From assembly GCA_963752595.1 (NCBI GenBank), contig CAVVYZ010000001.1:160001-224000 (forward strand): DNA of 64,000 nucleotides. The letters run 5' to 3'. The notes below the pieces were generated by a model. It did not search any database. It saw nothing but the letters and a program-made list of their open reading frames with translations, and had not been told where the DNA came from. Numbering within the stretch: the first letter of the stretch is position 1; each line of letters starts with the position of its first letter. Below are positions 1 to 10,267 of this stretch, piece after piece. Position numbers and translations under genes: made by a program. Origin of the DNA: an uncultured delta proteobacterium. GTDB taxonomy: Bacteria; Desulfobacterota; Desulfomonilia; UBA1062.

Positions 1-925
1 GGGTAATGGTCCCGGTCTTGTCGAGCAGCAGCACGTCGACATCCCCGGCTGCTTCCACCGCGCGTCCGCTCATGGCCAGGACATTGCGCTGTACCATGCG
101 GTCTATCCCGGCAATGCCGATGGCGTTCAGTAGGCCCCCGATGGTGGTGGGGATGAGGCAGACGAGAAGGGCTGTCAATGTGGTGATTGATATTGAGATC
201 CCTGAATAAAGACCGAAAAATTTGAGAGTGATGACCACAACGAGAAAGATGATCGTCAGAGCGGAGAGCAGGATGGTCAACGCAATCTCATTGGGGGTTT
301 TTTGCCTTTTTGCCCCTTCCACGAGCGAGATCATGTGATCGAGGAAGCTTTCTCCGGGATTTGCCGTGACCCTGATCCTGATCCAGTCCGAGATCACGTG
401 CGTGCCGCCCACGACCGAGCTTCGATCGCCTCCCGCCTCCCTTAAGACCGGGGCGGACTCTCCGGTAATGGCCGACTCGTCCACCATGGCTACCCCTTCG
501 ATGATCTCTCCGTCAGCCGGGATAGTCTCTCCTGCCGATACGAGCACGAGGTCACCCTGTTTCAATGCATCGGAGAGGACCTTTTCCATAGAGCCGTCTG
601 CTTTCAGTCGATTGGCATAGGTCTGCTTGCGGGTTTTGCGCAGATTGTCGGCCTGGGCCTTGCCCCTTCCTTCTGCCATGGCCTCGGCAAAATTGGCAAA
701 GAGCACCGTAAACCAGAGCCATAGTGATATCTGGAGGTTGAACAGGAGATGTTCGCCCCCAAACCCTATAATCAGCTCCAAGGTTGTGATCACGGCCCCG
801 ACCTCGGTTACGAAGATCACCGGGTTTTTCATCAGATACAGGGGATGGAGCTTCTTCAACGAATCGGCACATGCCTGGAAAAGGATCTTTTTATCAAAGA
901 GTGATTTGCTTTGTAAGATGGCCAT
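1..925 (-). CDS. kdpB: K+-transporting P-type ATPase subunit B (5' part; runs off the window)
   Basis: Not in the ORF track because it has no stop in the window. Manual translation from ATG 925: [13 protein letters not shown]...[11 protein letters not shown]...[17 protein letters not shown]...[12 protein letters not shown]...[11 protein letters not shown]...[10 protein letters not shown] (TGES and DKTGT motifs); directly follows kdpA. Confidence 0.97.
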   Translation of the reverse strand, partial: MAILQSKSLFDKKILFQACADSLKKLHPLYLMKNPVIFVTEVGAVITTLELIIGFGGEHLLFNLQISLWLWFTVLFANFAEAMAEGRGKAQADNLRKTRKQTYANRLKADGSMEKVLSDALKQGDLVLVSAGETIPADGEIIEGVAMVDESAITGESAPVLREAGGDRSSVVGGTHVISDWIRIRVTANPGESFLDHMISLVEGAKRQKTPNEIALTILLSALTIIFLVVVITLKFFGLYSGISISITTLTALLVCLIPTTIGGLLNAIGIAGIDRMVQRNVLAMSGRAVEAAGDVDVLLLDKTGTIT

Positions 926-935
926 GTCTGTTCCT

Positions 936-2723
936 TCAGAAGAGGATACCCGACTTCAGCATGAGCATGTGCTCGACGATGGGTCCGAGAGAGAGAACCG
1001 GGAAAAAAGTAAGTGCGCCCATGATGAGGATGACACCTGCTAAAAGGGATGCAAACATGAGCCCGGAAACCGGGAAGCTCACGCCGCCCCCGGCCGCCCT
1101 TTTCTTCTGCGCCATGTTCCCGGCCAAGGCAAGCACCGGAACGATCATGAAAAACCGGCCGAGGAGCATCGCACACGCAAGGAGCGTGTTGTACCAGGGG
1201 GTATCGGCATTGAGGCCGGCAAAGGCGCTGCCGTTGTTGCCCGCTCCTGAGGAAAAGGCATAGAGCATTTCGGACAGGCCGTGGGGACCTGAGTTGTTCA
1301 GGGAGGATGTGCCCCAGTTGCTGACGCCGGCCCATGCCGTGAGACCGAGGATGGTGAGTACCGGCACCATGAGGAAGAGGACGCTCACCTTCACGTCATA
1401 CGCCTCGATCTTCTTTCCCAGGTACTCAGGGGTGCGGCCTATCATGAGACCGGCAATGAATACCGTGATCACGACAAAGACGAGCATGCCGTACAACCCT
1501 GCGCCCACACCGCCGAATATGACCTCGCCGAGCTGGATGTTCAACAGCGGGATCATCCCTCCCAGAGGCGTAAAGGAATCATGCATGGAATTGACCGCTC
1601 CGCAGGAGGCATCTGTGGTCACGACTGCATACAGGGCGGAATTGAAGACCCCGAAACGGACCTCCTTGCCTTCCATATTGCCAAGAGCCGGATCGATCCC
1701 GATCTCATGGAGCCTGGGGTTGCCTGCGCTTTCAGCCCACCAGCAGATGAGAAAGGCTGTGAGGAAGAGCACAAGCATGGTGCCGAAGATTGTCCATCCG
1801 TGGCCTTGGTTTTTTACCATCCTGCCGAGATAATACGTGAGGCCTGCAGGGATGAGAAAAATGGAGAGCATCTGGATGAAGTTCGAAAGCGGAGTCGGGT
1901 TTTCAAAAGGGTGTGAAGAATTGGCGCCCAAGAAGCCGCCTCCGTTGGTCCCCAGGATTTTGATCGCTTCCTGCGAAGCAACCGGGCCTTGAGGGATGGA
2001 TACTGCTTCTACTTTTTTCTCCATTATTCCATCACCGGGTGCATCCCTCTTCACTGTCTCGATCACCGTCGGCTCCACAAGGTGTGCCGTGACGTAAGGG
2101 CTAAAATTCTGAATCACGCCCTGAGAGGCGAGGAACACGGCATAAACAAGGCAAAACGGGATGAGGAGGTAGAGATGTATGCGTACGATATCCACCCAGA
2201 AATTGCCTATAGTTTTCGCCGTATGCCGGGCAATGCCCCTCACCAAGGCTGCCGCAACAGCGATACCAACGGCTGATGAGGCAAAGTTGTGGAAGGCGAG
2301 CCCGACCATCTGGGATAGGTACGACATGGTTGACTCACCGCCGTAGCTCTGCCAGTTGGTGTTGGTCGTGAAGCTCACGGCCGTGTTGAAGGCAAGGTGT
2401 TCGCTCAACGGGCCAAACCCTTGAGGATTGAGCGGGAAGAGATGCTGCAGGCGTAGGATTCCATAAGTCATCACTAAACCGATCAGGCTGAAAAGAAGGA
2501 GCGACAAAGTATATTCCTGCCAGGCCTGCTCAGACTCGGGTTTTACGCCGAAGATCCGGTAAAGGAATATTTCAACAGGACGTAAAACAAGATCGAGAAA
2601 GGTTTTTCCTTTCGGGTCCAGTACTCTCGTGAGATAGACACCCATCGGCTTGGTCAGCGCCAGCAGGATTCCGGAAAACAGAACCAACTGGGTCCACCCG
2701 AAGGGAGAGTGAAATATGCTCAT
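936..2723 (-). CDS. kdpA: K+-transporting ATPase subunit A
   Basis: 595 aa; [46 protein letters not shown] and NNGSAFAGL signatures. Confidence 0.98.
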   Translation of the reverse strand: MSIFHSPFGWTQLVLFSGILLALTKPMGVYLTRVLDPKGKTFLDLVLRPVEIFLYRIFGVKPESEQAWQEYTLSLLLFSLIGLVMTYGILRLQHLFPLNPQGFGPLSEHLAFNTAVSFTTNTNWQSYGGESTMSYLSQMVGLAFHNFASSAVGIAVAAALVRGIARHTAKTIGNFWVDIVRIHLYLLIPFCLVYAVFLASQGVIQNFSPYVTAHLVEPTVIETVKRDAPGDGIMEKKVEAVSIPQGPVASQEAIKILGTNGGGFLGANSSHPFENPTPLSNFIQMLSIFLIPAGLTYYLGRMVKNQGHGWTIFGTMLVLFLTAFLICWWAESAGNPRLHEIGIDPALGNMEGKEVRFGVFNSALYAVVTTDASCGAVNSMHDSFTPLGGMIPLLNIQLGEVIFGGVGAGLYGMLVFVVITVFIAGLMIGRTPEYLGKKIEAYDVKVSVLFLMVPVLTILGLTAWAGVSNWGTSSLNNSGPHGLSEMLYAFSSGAGNNGSAFAGLNADTPWYNTLLACAMLLGRFFMIVPVLALAGNMAQKKRAAGGGVSFPVSGLMFASLLAGVILIMGALTFFPVLSLGPIVEHMLMLKSGILF

Positions 2724-2739
2724 GGTTCATACCCTCCTT

Positions 2740-2823
2740 TTAGAATTTTTCCGGGTGCAGAACCGTGAAGAACAGATATATGATGAGCAGGAGGCCGATG
2801 ATGAAGATGATTATGTCAGCCAT
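2740..2823 (-). CDS. kdpF: KdpF small membrane subunit (27 aa)
   Basis: Manual translation MADIIIFIIGLLLIIYLFFTVLHPEKF*; typical YL..x.L.PEKF C-terminus, immediately upstream of kdpA. Confidence 0.93.
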   Translation of the reverse strand: MADIIIFIIGLLLIIYLFFTVLHPEKF

Positions 2824-2826
2824 ATC

Positions 2827-2910
2827 CTAGAGCCTCCCGCATAGCCGCACATAGAGGATGCATATCCAGAAAAATGCTATTGTGGTCAGCATGTAAATGA
2901 GATCAATCAT
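2827..2910 (-). CDS. Small hydrophobic peptide upstream of kdpF (27 aa)
   Basis: MIDLIYMLTTIAFFWICILYVRLCGRL*; GGGAG RBS overlaps the kinase stop; its stop lies 3 nt before the kdpF ATG. Confidence 0.75.
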   Translation of the reverse strand: MIDLIYMLTTIAFFWICILYVRLCGRL

Positions 2911-2921
2911 AGGTATTCTCC

Positions 2922-4751
2922 CTAAGAAGCAATGCTTCCTGCTCTCGGCAGGGAAAAGAAAAAGGTACTCCCTTTCCCTTCACTGCTTTCTATTCTGACA
3001 GCCCCGCCATGCGCTTCAATAATTTCTTTGACTATGGCAAGCCCGAGGCCTGTGCCTGTCCGGGTCTCCTGCCCGGGCACCCGGAAGAACCTGTCGAAGA
3101 TTTTAGGAAGACAAGAGGCCGGAATACCGATGCCCGTATCTGCTACTATAAACCATACGAAATTCTGCAATGTCTCGGCAGCGATCGATATGCGTCCGCC
3201 GGAAGGGGTATATTTGAGGGCATTGAAGAGCAGATTGTCGAAGACCTGCTCTATTTGTGCTTTATCCACATTGACATCGGGCAGATCATCCGGAAGATTC
3301 GTGCTCAACTCCACTCCACGATCACGCGCAGCGCTTTTGAAAGACCCGATTGCTTCAAAAACGATCTGGTAGGGCGAGATTGCCTCTGTTTTCCCGGCTG
3401 TCTTGCCGGATTCAATGCGGTCCATATCCAGGAGGTTCTCTATGATTCCGTACAGGCGGTCGCTGTCTTCCCGTGCAGTGGCCAGCAGATCGCCCTGCTC
3501 AGGGTTCAAAGTGCCGACTTTTTCTTCGAGCAGGATGTGCAGGGCCATGCGAACAGAGGTGAGCGGTGTCTTCAGCTGGTGTGATACAGTGGAAATAAAA
3601 TTCCTTTTCAACTCATTCTGTTCGACCTGTTTGGTTACATCGCTTAGGATCAGGATCGCTCCTGTCACTTGCTTGAAATTATCCAGGACGGGTACGGCCA
3701 TAGGACGGAAGTAGAGTTCTTCTGCATTATAAAAGTGCTGTATGATAGAAAGGGTTTTATTTTGCCCCGGTTTAAGCGAATGGGTGATTACTGCCTGGAA
3801 AAGCTCATCCATCCATTTGAAAGGCAGGTCCCGGATCAGAACTCCCAGCTTGAGTCCAAATATATTCCTGGCTTTTTCCGTGGCCATTTCTACGTGCCCG
3901 TCCGGATCCACGATGGCCACTGCGTCCGGCAGGCTGTCGAATGTCTGCTGTGCCGAACGCTGAAGCCGGATCAGCCTGGCTTCATCGCTGCGGCGGAGTT
4001 CACGTAAGCTTGCGGTCATCTCGTTGAATGCCTCGGAGAGGTGCCCGATTTCATCCCGCGAGTCACTCTTCATCACGAGATCAAGGTTACCGTGCCTGAT
4101 CTCATCTACAGATTTAGTAAGGCGCTTGATGGGCTTGAGTATCCACTTCCCGATGAGGATTATGTAGGCTACAGACACCGCAGCTCCAAGGAGCAGGAGG
4201 ATGTACATCTCCTGCCGGGCTTGAGCCGCCTTTGCCTTTGCCTTCAGGCTGGCCTGCTCCATGTTCTGCTGGTTCATGGAAAGGATTATGTCTGAGGTGT
4301 TATTGATCTCGTGGAATAGCGGAATGAGATCTTCGAAATAAATCTTACGCAGCGTTGTCCGTGATAGGGTTTCATCCTCCATTTCACGGATCTTGGATTT
4401 ATACTGCGAGAAAAGATTCCGGAGCCTGGAGGCCACATCACCTTCGCCGCTGATCGTGATATTGTTCAATTGAATGTCCAGTTCTGTTTCAAAATGAGAA
4501 GTATTCGTTCGAATGGCATGTATCCCATCATTTCTATACCCCAATAGAACGAGAAGTGCGCCGTCATTCATCTTCCCAAGGGATTCCTTCATCTCCTGGC
4601 AAGCAATCACACTCCGGTAGTTCTCTCTCAAGATAGCCTGGATAGCGCCTCCCAGGTCATTTACCCGGATGATGCTCCTGATTCCCAGTAGGGTAATAAT
4701 CAGGAGAAGACCCCCGAACCCGATCAGCATTTTTTGTCGTAAACCTACCAT
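2922..4751 (-). CDS. Membrane sensor histidine kinase (periplasmic helical domain, HAMP, PAS-like, HisKA, HATPase; KinB-like)
   Basis: Two TM segments, HAMP (DEIGHLSEAFNEM), H-box SHQLKTPLT, NALKY, DTGIGI and GTGLGL boxes. Confidence 0.92.
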   Translation of the reverse strand: MVGLRQKMLIGFGGLLLIITLLGIRSIIRVNDLGGAIQAILRENYRSVIACQEMKESLGKMNDGALLVLLGYRNDGIHAIRTNTSHFETELDIQLNNITISGEGDVASRLRNLFSQYKSKIREMEDETLSRTTLRKIYFEDLIPLFHEINNTSDIILSMNQQNMEQASLKAKAKAAQARQEMYILLLLGAAVSVAYIILIGKWILKPIKRLTKSVDEIRHGNLDLVMKSDSRDEIGHLSEAFNEMTASLRELRRSDEARLIRLQRSAQQTFDSLPDAVAIVDPDGHVEMATEKARNIFGLKLGVLIRDLPFKWMDELFQAVITHSLKPGQNKTLSIIQHFYNAEELYFRPMAVPVLDNFKQVTGAILILSDVTKQVEQNELKRNFISTVSHQLKTPLTSVRMALHILLEEKVGTLNPEQGDLLATAREDSDRLYGIIENLLDMDRIESGKTAGKTEAISPYQIVFEAIGSFKSAARDRGVELSTNLPDDLPDVNVDKAQIEQVFDNLLFNALKYTPSGGRISIAAETLQNFVWFIVADTGIGIPASCLPKIFDRFFRVPGQETRTGTGLGLAIVKEIIEAHGGAVRIESSEGKGSTFFFSLPRAGSIAS

Positions 4752-4778
4752 TGATCCACCTTCTTCCGGTTTACCTAG

Positions 4779-4793
4779 GCAATCATTGTGCCA
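4779..4793 (-). promoter_or_regulatory. sigma54 (-24/-12) promoter for the kinase-kdpFAB transcript
   Basis: Minus strand TGGCAC-AATGA-TTGC, an exact match to TGGCAC-N5-TTGC, 27 nt before the kinase ATG. Confidence 0.9.
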
Positions 4794-4810
4794 TGAGGAA
4801 TGTTAAATAA

Positions 4811-4823
4811 TATCAATAAATTG
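4811..4823. promoter_or_regulatory. IHF-binding site
   Basis: TATCAA-TAAA-TTG fits WATCAA-N4-TTR with an adjacent A/T tract; lies between the enhancer sites and the sigma54 promoter. Confidence 0.7.
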
Positions 4824-4847
4824 ATCACATTGAGCATATCTTTGAGT

Positions 4848-4892
4848 TTGCATTCGGCAAGGTGCCTGAAATGTGAAGCTTGCAAATTGCAA
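4848..4892. promoter_or_regulatory. Two putative enhancer (UAS) sites for the sigma54 activator
   Basis: TTGCATTCGGCAA (4848-4860) and TTGCAAATTGCAA (4880-4892), TTGCA-N3-TGCAA dyads 32 bp apart. Confidence 0.65.
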
Positions 4893-4935
4893 TGTTGCCT
4901 TCAGAAATGTAAGGTCTTGTTGGGAAGGTTCTAAG

Positions 4936-6285
4936 CTATATATTATAACGTTTCCGCCGACGCCAAAGAGTTGCCTGATCAATGCCAAGGATAGCGGCGG
5001 CTTCCTGCAGCGATTTCGTTCCTGCCAGAACACGGCGGATATGCGTTTCTTCAAGCTCATCAAGGGGAATGAAATCACCTGGTTTCGGTTGGTCGTTTGC
5101 GTTCACCAGTCTTTCCGGTAGATATTCGACTCCGACATTATCTTTGTTGCAGAGGATCGAAGCACGCTCGATGACGTTCCGTAGTTCACGGATATTTCCC
5201 GGCCAGGAATAACTGCTGAGGGCATGGAGGGAATCATTGGTAAAGCGCTGGATAGGCTTATGATTGCTGCGACTGAAAATGATCAGCATCCTCTCTGCCA
5301 GAGGAGGAATATCTTCTCTCCTCTTTCTTAAAGGAGGTATTTCAATCTGAATAACATTCAGCCTGTAGTAGAGATCCTCTCGAAACCGATGGTCTGCAAT
5401 CGCCTGTTCCAAGTTCATGTTCGTGGCTGCAACCAGGCGGACATCCGCTTTACGAGTAGTATGATCACCAAGGCGCTCATACTCTCTTTCTTGGATGAAC
5501 CGCAAGAGCTTCGGTTGGATGGAAATCGGGAGATCTCCTATCTCATCGAGGAACAGGGTCCCCCCTTCACATGTGGAGACACGCCCGGGATTATCGCGGA
5601 CCGCGCCTGTAAAGGAACCTTTGACATGCCCGAAAAGCTCGCTCTCTAAAAGCTCTGCGGACAAGCTCGGACACGAGATTTCAGCGAAAGGCTTTCCGGA
5701 TCGATTGCTCCATGCATGAATTGCCCTGGCAAATACACTCTTCCCTGTACCGTTTTCGCCGGTCAGCATGATGATGGAATCGGTCTGTGCTACCTGCCTT
5801 GCCAATTCGATGGTTCGCTGCATAAGAGGACTATCACTAGAGAAATCAACTTCAGGGCTTATCCGGTTCAGATCAGCCTGGAGGGCATTAATACGATGCT
5901 CAAGAGAACGTACTTCCATCACCTTTTGGACAGACAGCTTTACCTCGGCAGGAGTGAAAGGTTTAGGAATATAATCCGTGGCCCCTCTCTTAACCGCCTC
6001 CACGGCCGTATCAATCGACGCATAAGCAGTTATTACCACAATCTTCAGCCAGGGTGATTCTACCAGGAGCTCCGGAATCAGATCGAGACCGTTATCCAGG
6101 CCAAGACGAAGATCGACAAACGCCATGTCAAAGGAACGCCGGGAGCTTTCAGAAACGGCATCCTTATAATTACTGACAGCAACGACCTTATGTCCCAGTG
6201 TCTCAAGGTATAGCTTTAGTGTTTTCCTAATGTTCAGCTCATCATCAATAATAATGATGTTTAATTGATTATCAGGTATTATCAT
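4936..6285 (-). CDS. sigma54-dependent response regulator (REC-AAA+-HTH; NtrC/AlgB-like)
   Basis: IIDDE/FVDL/KPF receiver; Walker A GENGTGKS; ESELFGHVKGSFTGA; LFLDEIG; WPGNIRELRN; Fis-type HTH. Start moved to ATG 6285 (GAGG RBS). Confidence 0.94.
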   Translation of the reverse strand: MIIPDNQLNIIIIDDELNIRKTLKLYLETLGHKVVAVSNYKDAVSESSRRSFDMAFVDLRLGLDNGLDLIPELLVESPWLKIVVITAYASIDTAVEAVKRGATDYIPKPFTPAEVKLSVQKVMEVRSLEHRINALQADLNRISPEVDFSSDSPLMQRTIELARQVAQTDSIIMLTGENGTGKSVFARAIHAWSNRSGKPFAEISCPSLSAELLESELFGHVKGSFTGAVRDNPGRVSTCEGGTLFLDEIGDLPISIQPKLLRFIQEREYERLGDHTTRKADVRLVAATNMNLEQAIADHRFREDLYYRLNVIQIEIPPLRKRREDIPPLAERMLIIFSRSNHKPIQRFTNDSLHALSSYSWPGNIRELRNVIERASILCNKDNVGVEYLPERLVNANDQPKPGDFIPLDELEETHIRRVLAGTKSLQEAAAILGIDQATLWRRRKRYNI

Positions 6286-6433
6286 TCCGTAATTGCCTCG
6301 ATAGAGCACATGTACTTGGTCTCTGTTATTGTTTATACTTATTTGGATAACCTTTTGTAAGATAAAAATAAAGACTCAAGCTTGTCATGAGATTACCTTC
6401 GACAGAGGCGGCAGGATCATTTCTCGCCGGACT

Positions 6434-7424
6434 TTAACGGATGAGACCCTCGGGCAGCCGCCCTTCCAGGATGTCTCTGACCTGACGTGCCACGGAATCG
6501 GAGAGGCGGTCGCCCGCTTCCCTCGTCAGGGCACCTATGTGGGGAGAAAGGATCACGTTCTCCATTCCGGTCAGGGGATGGGACGCCGGCAGGGGTTCGG
6601 CGGCAAAGACATCCAGTGCCGCCCCCTCGATGCGGCCGGTCTGAAGCGCATCGATGAGCGCCTCCTCGTCGATCACCCTTCCCCGGGAAGTGTTCACCAG
6701 GATCATACCCGGTTTCACAGCCGACAGTGCATCGGCATCTATCAAGCTTTGTGTGCCGGGGGCCAGCGGGACATGGAGGGTGACCATATCCGCTTCCGAC
6801 AAGAGCTCGGTCAGGGTTACAGGCTCCACCCCCAGCCGGGTCCACTGCTCGGGATTCAAAGAGGGGTCGCATCCGATTATCTTCATGTCGAACCCGTGGG
6901 CGATCCCGGCAACCCGTGCCCCGATCTGCCCAAGCCCGACAACCCCGAGCGTTTTCCTCCATAATTCCCTGCCCGAAGCCCAGTCCGGCAAGGTCCTTCC
7001 CGCCTTGGCCCATTCGCCCGTCCTTACCCATGGATCGGCCTTGCAGATCCTCCTCAGCAGGCTCAAGAGCAGACCGAACGTAAGTTCGGCCACGGCCTGG
7101 GAATTCTCCCCGCGGCAGTTGCAGGGCTTGATGCCGCTGCGCTTCAGCGCCCCCACGTCGATGTGGTCATAGCCTGCCCCGTATGCAATCACCCCCTGCA
7201 AAGCCGGGGACCGGGCCAGCACCGCATCATTCACGCGGGACGTACTCGGAGACGATGACCTTCACGGCGGAGGAGCCGCCTATCTTCTCTGCAAGATCCC
7301 CGGCACTCCCGGCATCGGCCCATGCAAAGCCGCCCAAGCGGGAGAGCTCGGCTAAGGCACTGTCCGACAGGTAAAACCGGTCGGCGAATACGACGGGGGC
7401 AGAGAGGGCATGATGATCGGCCAT
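6434..7424 (-). CDS. D-isomer-specific 2-hydroxyacid dehydrogenase (hydroxypyruvate reductase/SerA-like); one frameshift near 7236
   Basis: ORFs 7227-7424 and 6434-7234 join if one C of GTCCCG is removed; GLGQIG, LHVPL, NTSRG, DVFAAEP and SPHIG motifs. Confidence 0.88.
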
Positions 7425-7439
7425 CGAACGTTTTCCCCT

Positions 7440-8815
7440 TCAGATACAGTCTGATTTGGGCAGGACCAGCACCAGTTTCAGGTCATTCACGTTGGTCCCT
7501 GTGGCGCCCGTCAGGATGGCATCTTCCAGTTCGCGGAGGACAGGGGTCACGTCGTGTCTGTTAAGCGCTGCATAGATATCGATCCCCCGCTTCCTTGCCC
7601 GCTCAGCCGTCAGGTTGTCCGACAATGCCTCCGGCGAAGTTCGTCGGGCCGTCGGTGCCGTCCGAATCCTGTCCGATGATCACCACGTCTCCGATTCCAT
7701 CGATCCAGAGTGCGGCGCCAAGGGAAAATTCCTGGTTCGGGCCCTCCCTGGCCCGGCCTCCGATGTGATCTTCACCGTGGTTTCTCCACCGCCGATGAGC
7801 ACGCAGGGGGCTTTGAGAGGCCTCCCGTTCAGAAGGATCTCTTTTGCAATCGCGGCAAAAGTTCCGCCCAGCTCCCTGCTTTCCCCCTCGAACATGGTGG
7901 AGAGGATCATGGTCTCGAGGTTCAGCTCTTTCGCCCGTTCTGCCGCACCTTCACAGGCAGCGGTCCCGGCAACGATGATGAAGTTGTCGATTTTATGGTC
8001 CGAGAGGTCCTTGGGCGTCTCCTGCGCCGGGCCGCCCGCCTTGAGATACCGGCTGACAGAGGCCGGCACCTTGTCCCAGAGCTCGTACTTGGTGAGCGTC
8101 CTGCGGGCGTCGTCGAAGCTCGACGTGTCGGGCACCGTGGGGCAGGTGATGTAGTCGAGAGGATCGCCGATCACGTCGGAAACGGTCAGATTGATGAGAT
8201 GCGCCTGGGGGTGGACAGCCTTGGCAAGCCATCCGCCTTTGATCCGGCTCAGGTGTTTCCGGACGTTGTTGATCTCGACGATGTTGGCGCCGCAGGTCAG
8301 GAGCAGCCTGTTGACGAGCTTCTTTTCATCGAGAGTGATTCCCTCCACCGGATAGGGCATGAGCGCCGAGCTCCCGCCGGTGACGCAGGCAAAAACGATG
8401 TCCCCCGGGAGAGTCTTTCCCGCAAGCGCAAGGGCTTCCTTTGCAGCGCTGAACCCTGCCTCGTCGGGGATGGGGTGGCTCGAGAAATAGAGCCGTGAAT
8501 GGGCCAGCGTTCCTTCCTGTCCGTATTTACAGATGATCACGCCATCCTCGATCCGGTCACCCAGGAGCTCTTCCAGCGCCTTGGCAATGGGATAGGTCGC
8601 CTTGCCGGTGCCCAGGAGAAAGATCCTCCCCTGTTTTTTCAGATCGATGCTGATCTCGCCTACGTGCAGGGTGTCCCTTTCGATGCTGACCAGCTTCCTG
8701 GTTGCCTTGTAAGGATCCGCCTTGGCCAGGGCATGGTCTACGATATCAAACGCGATGCGGCGCAATCTTTCATTGCCGTGCGAGAGAGAGCATCCAGATT
8801 CTTGATGTAACTCAT
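7440..8815 (-). CDS. Glycerate 2-kinase family (class II, DUF4147 + MOFRL) kinase; several single-base indels
   Basis: Reconstructed MSYIKNLDALLSHGNERLRRIAFD... from ATG 8815 (AGGAG RBS); GTGKA, HPIPD, TGGSSAL, RKHLSRIKGG, SDVIGD, GGETTV, GGPNQE, DSDGTDG and TGTNVNDL; indels near 8787, 7740-7755 and 7620. Confidence 0.9.
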
Positions 8816-8845
8816 TGGAACGTCTCCTTAAGCCTGCTTGAATAA

Positions 8846-8898
8846 GACAGGGCTGCGGCTCTTTGCTGCGGCTTTTTGCGACCTGCCGCAGCCCTGTC
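8846..8898. repeat. Intercistronic stem-loop (14-bp perfect inverted repeat)
   Basis: GACAGGGCTGCGGC (8846-8859) / GCCGCAGCCCTGTC (8885-8898) between enolase and kinase genes; no U-tract, so probably an mRNA stability element. Confidence 0.7.
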
Positions 8899-8962
8899 GT
8901 TGAACAGGGGAATCTGCTGACGTTTCTCTTTGCTGAATAAAACCGTTCCCCGTGTTCTCACA

Positions 8963-10235
8963 CTATAATGCGCAGCGGAAATCCAGCCCGGCGTAGCGGG
9001 CCTGCGAGCCGAGCTCCTCCTCGATGAGCAGGAGGCGGTTGTACTTGGCCGTCCTTTCGCTGCGGACGCCTGCTCCTGTCTTGATCTGGCCGGCATTGAT
9101 GCCCACGACAAAGTCTGCGATGATGGGGTCCTCGGTCTCGCCCGAGCGCTCGGAAACCATGATCCCGAAGCCTTGCCGATAGGCGAGTTCGGCCGCGTCG
9201 AGGGCTTCCGAGAGCGTCCCGATCTGGTTGAACTTCCACAGCAGGGCATTGGCTGCGCCCTTGGGCGCCCTTTCCCTGATGCGGGCAGGGTTCGTGCAGT
9301 AGAAGTCGTCGCCGACGATCTGAATGCCCAGTTCCTTGGTGGCCCGGACGAAGCCCTTGATGTCGTCCTCGCGAAGGGGTCCTCGATGGATATGATCGGG
9401 TAGTCCTTGCAGAGGGCTTTGTAGTAGTCGAAAAGTTCATCCGTGGTGTATTCGATGCCTTCGAGGGTGTATTTCTTGGTCTTTGTGTTGTAGAAGTGTG
9501 TGGCCGCGCAGTCGAAGCCATAGCCGATCTTCTTGTCATAGCCTGAGCGGTCGACCGCCTGGACCAGACAATCCATGGCCTCGCGCACCTTCTTGATCGG
9601 CGTGGCGAATCCGCCTTCGTCACCCACATTGGCCGCTATCTTACCGTAATTCTTGACGACGATCTCGCGGAGCTCGTTGTTGACCGCGTTGCCGATCATC
9701 ATGGCCTCGGTGAAGGTCTCGGCGCCGATGGGGAAGATGCAGAACTCCTGGAAATCGAGATCGTTTGAGGTCAGCTTGCCGCCGTTGAGCAGGTTCAGGA
9801 AGGGAACGGGCAGCACATGGGCATTGCAGTTGACATACCGGTACAGGGGAAGCTGACCGATGTTGCGGCGGCACGCGCCACTGCCACCGAAACGCCGACC
9901 ACGGCGTTTGCGCCGAGTTTGTACTTGTCCTTGCTCCCGTCGACGGCGCGCAGCTTCTCGTCTACCTTGCGCTGATCCGTTACATCCATGCCGATGATGG
10001 CGGGCCCGAGGATCTCGTTGACATTCTTCACTGCCTTGCGAACGCCCATGCCGTCATAGCGCTTTTCCTTGTCACGGATCTCTTTGGCCTCGTTGGCACC
10101 GGTCGAACGTCCGGCAGGTACATCGGCCCTGCCAAGGATCTCGTCGTTCACCCAGACATCCACCTGAACCGTCGGGTTCCAACGGCAGTCTAGTATCTCC
10201 CTGGCGAAGACGCCTGTAATTTTGAATTTTTTCAT
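8963..10235 (-). CDS. eno: Enolase-family protein (divergent paralog); frameshifts near 9860 and 9372
   Basis: [59 protein letters not shown] and [12 protein letters not shown] reconstructed across three frames. Confidence 0.9.
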
Positions 10236-10267
10236 CGTAGTGTCGCTCCTTTCGAATCCTTGATTTT

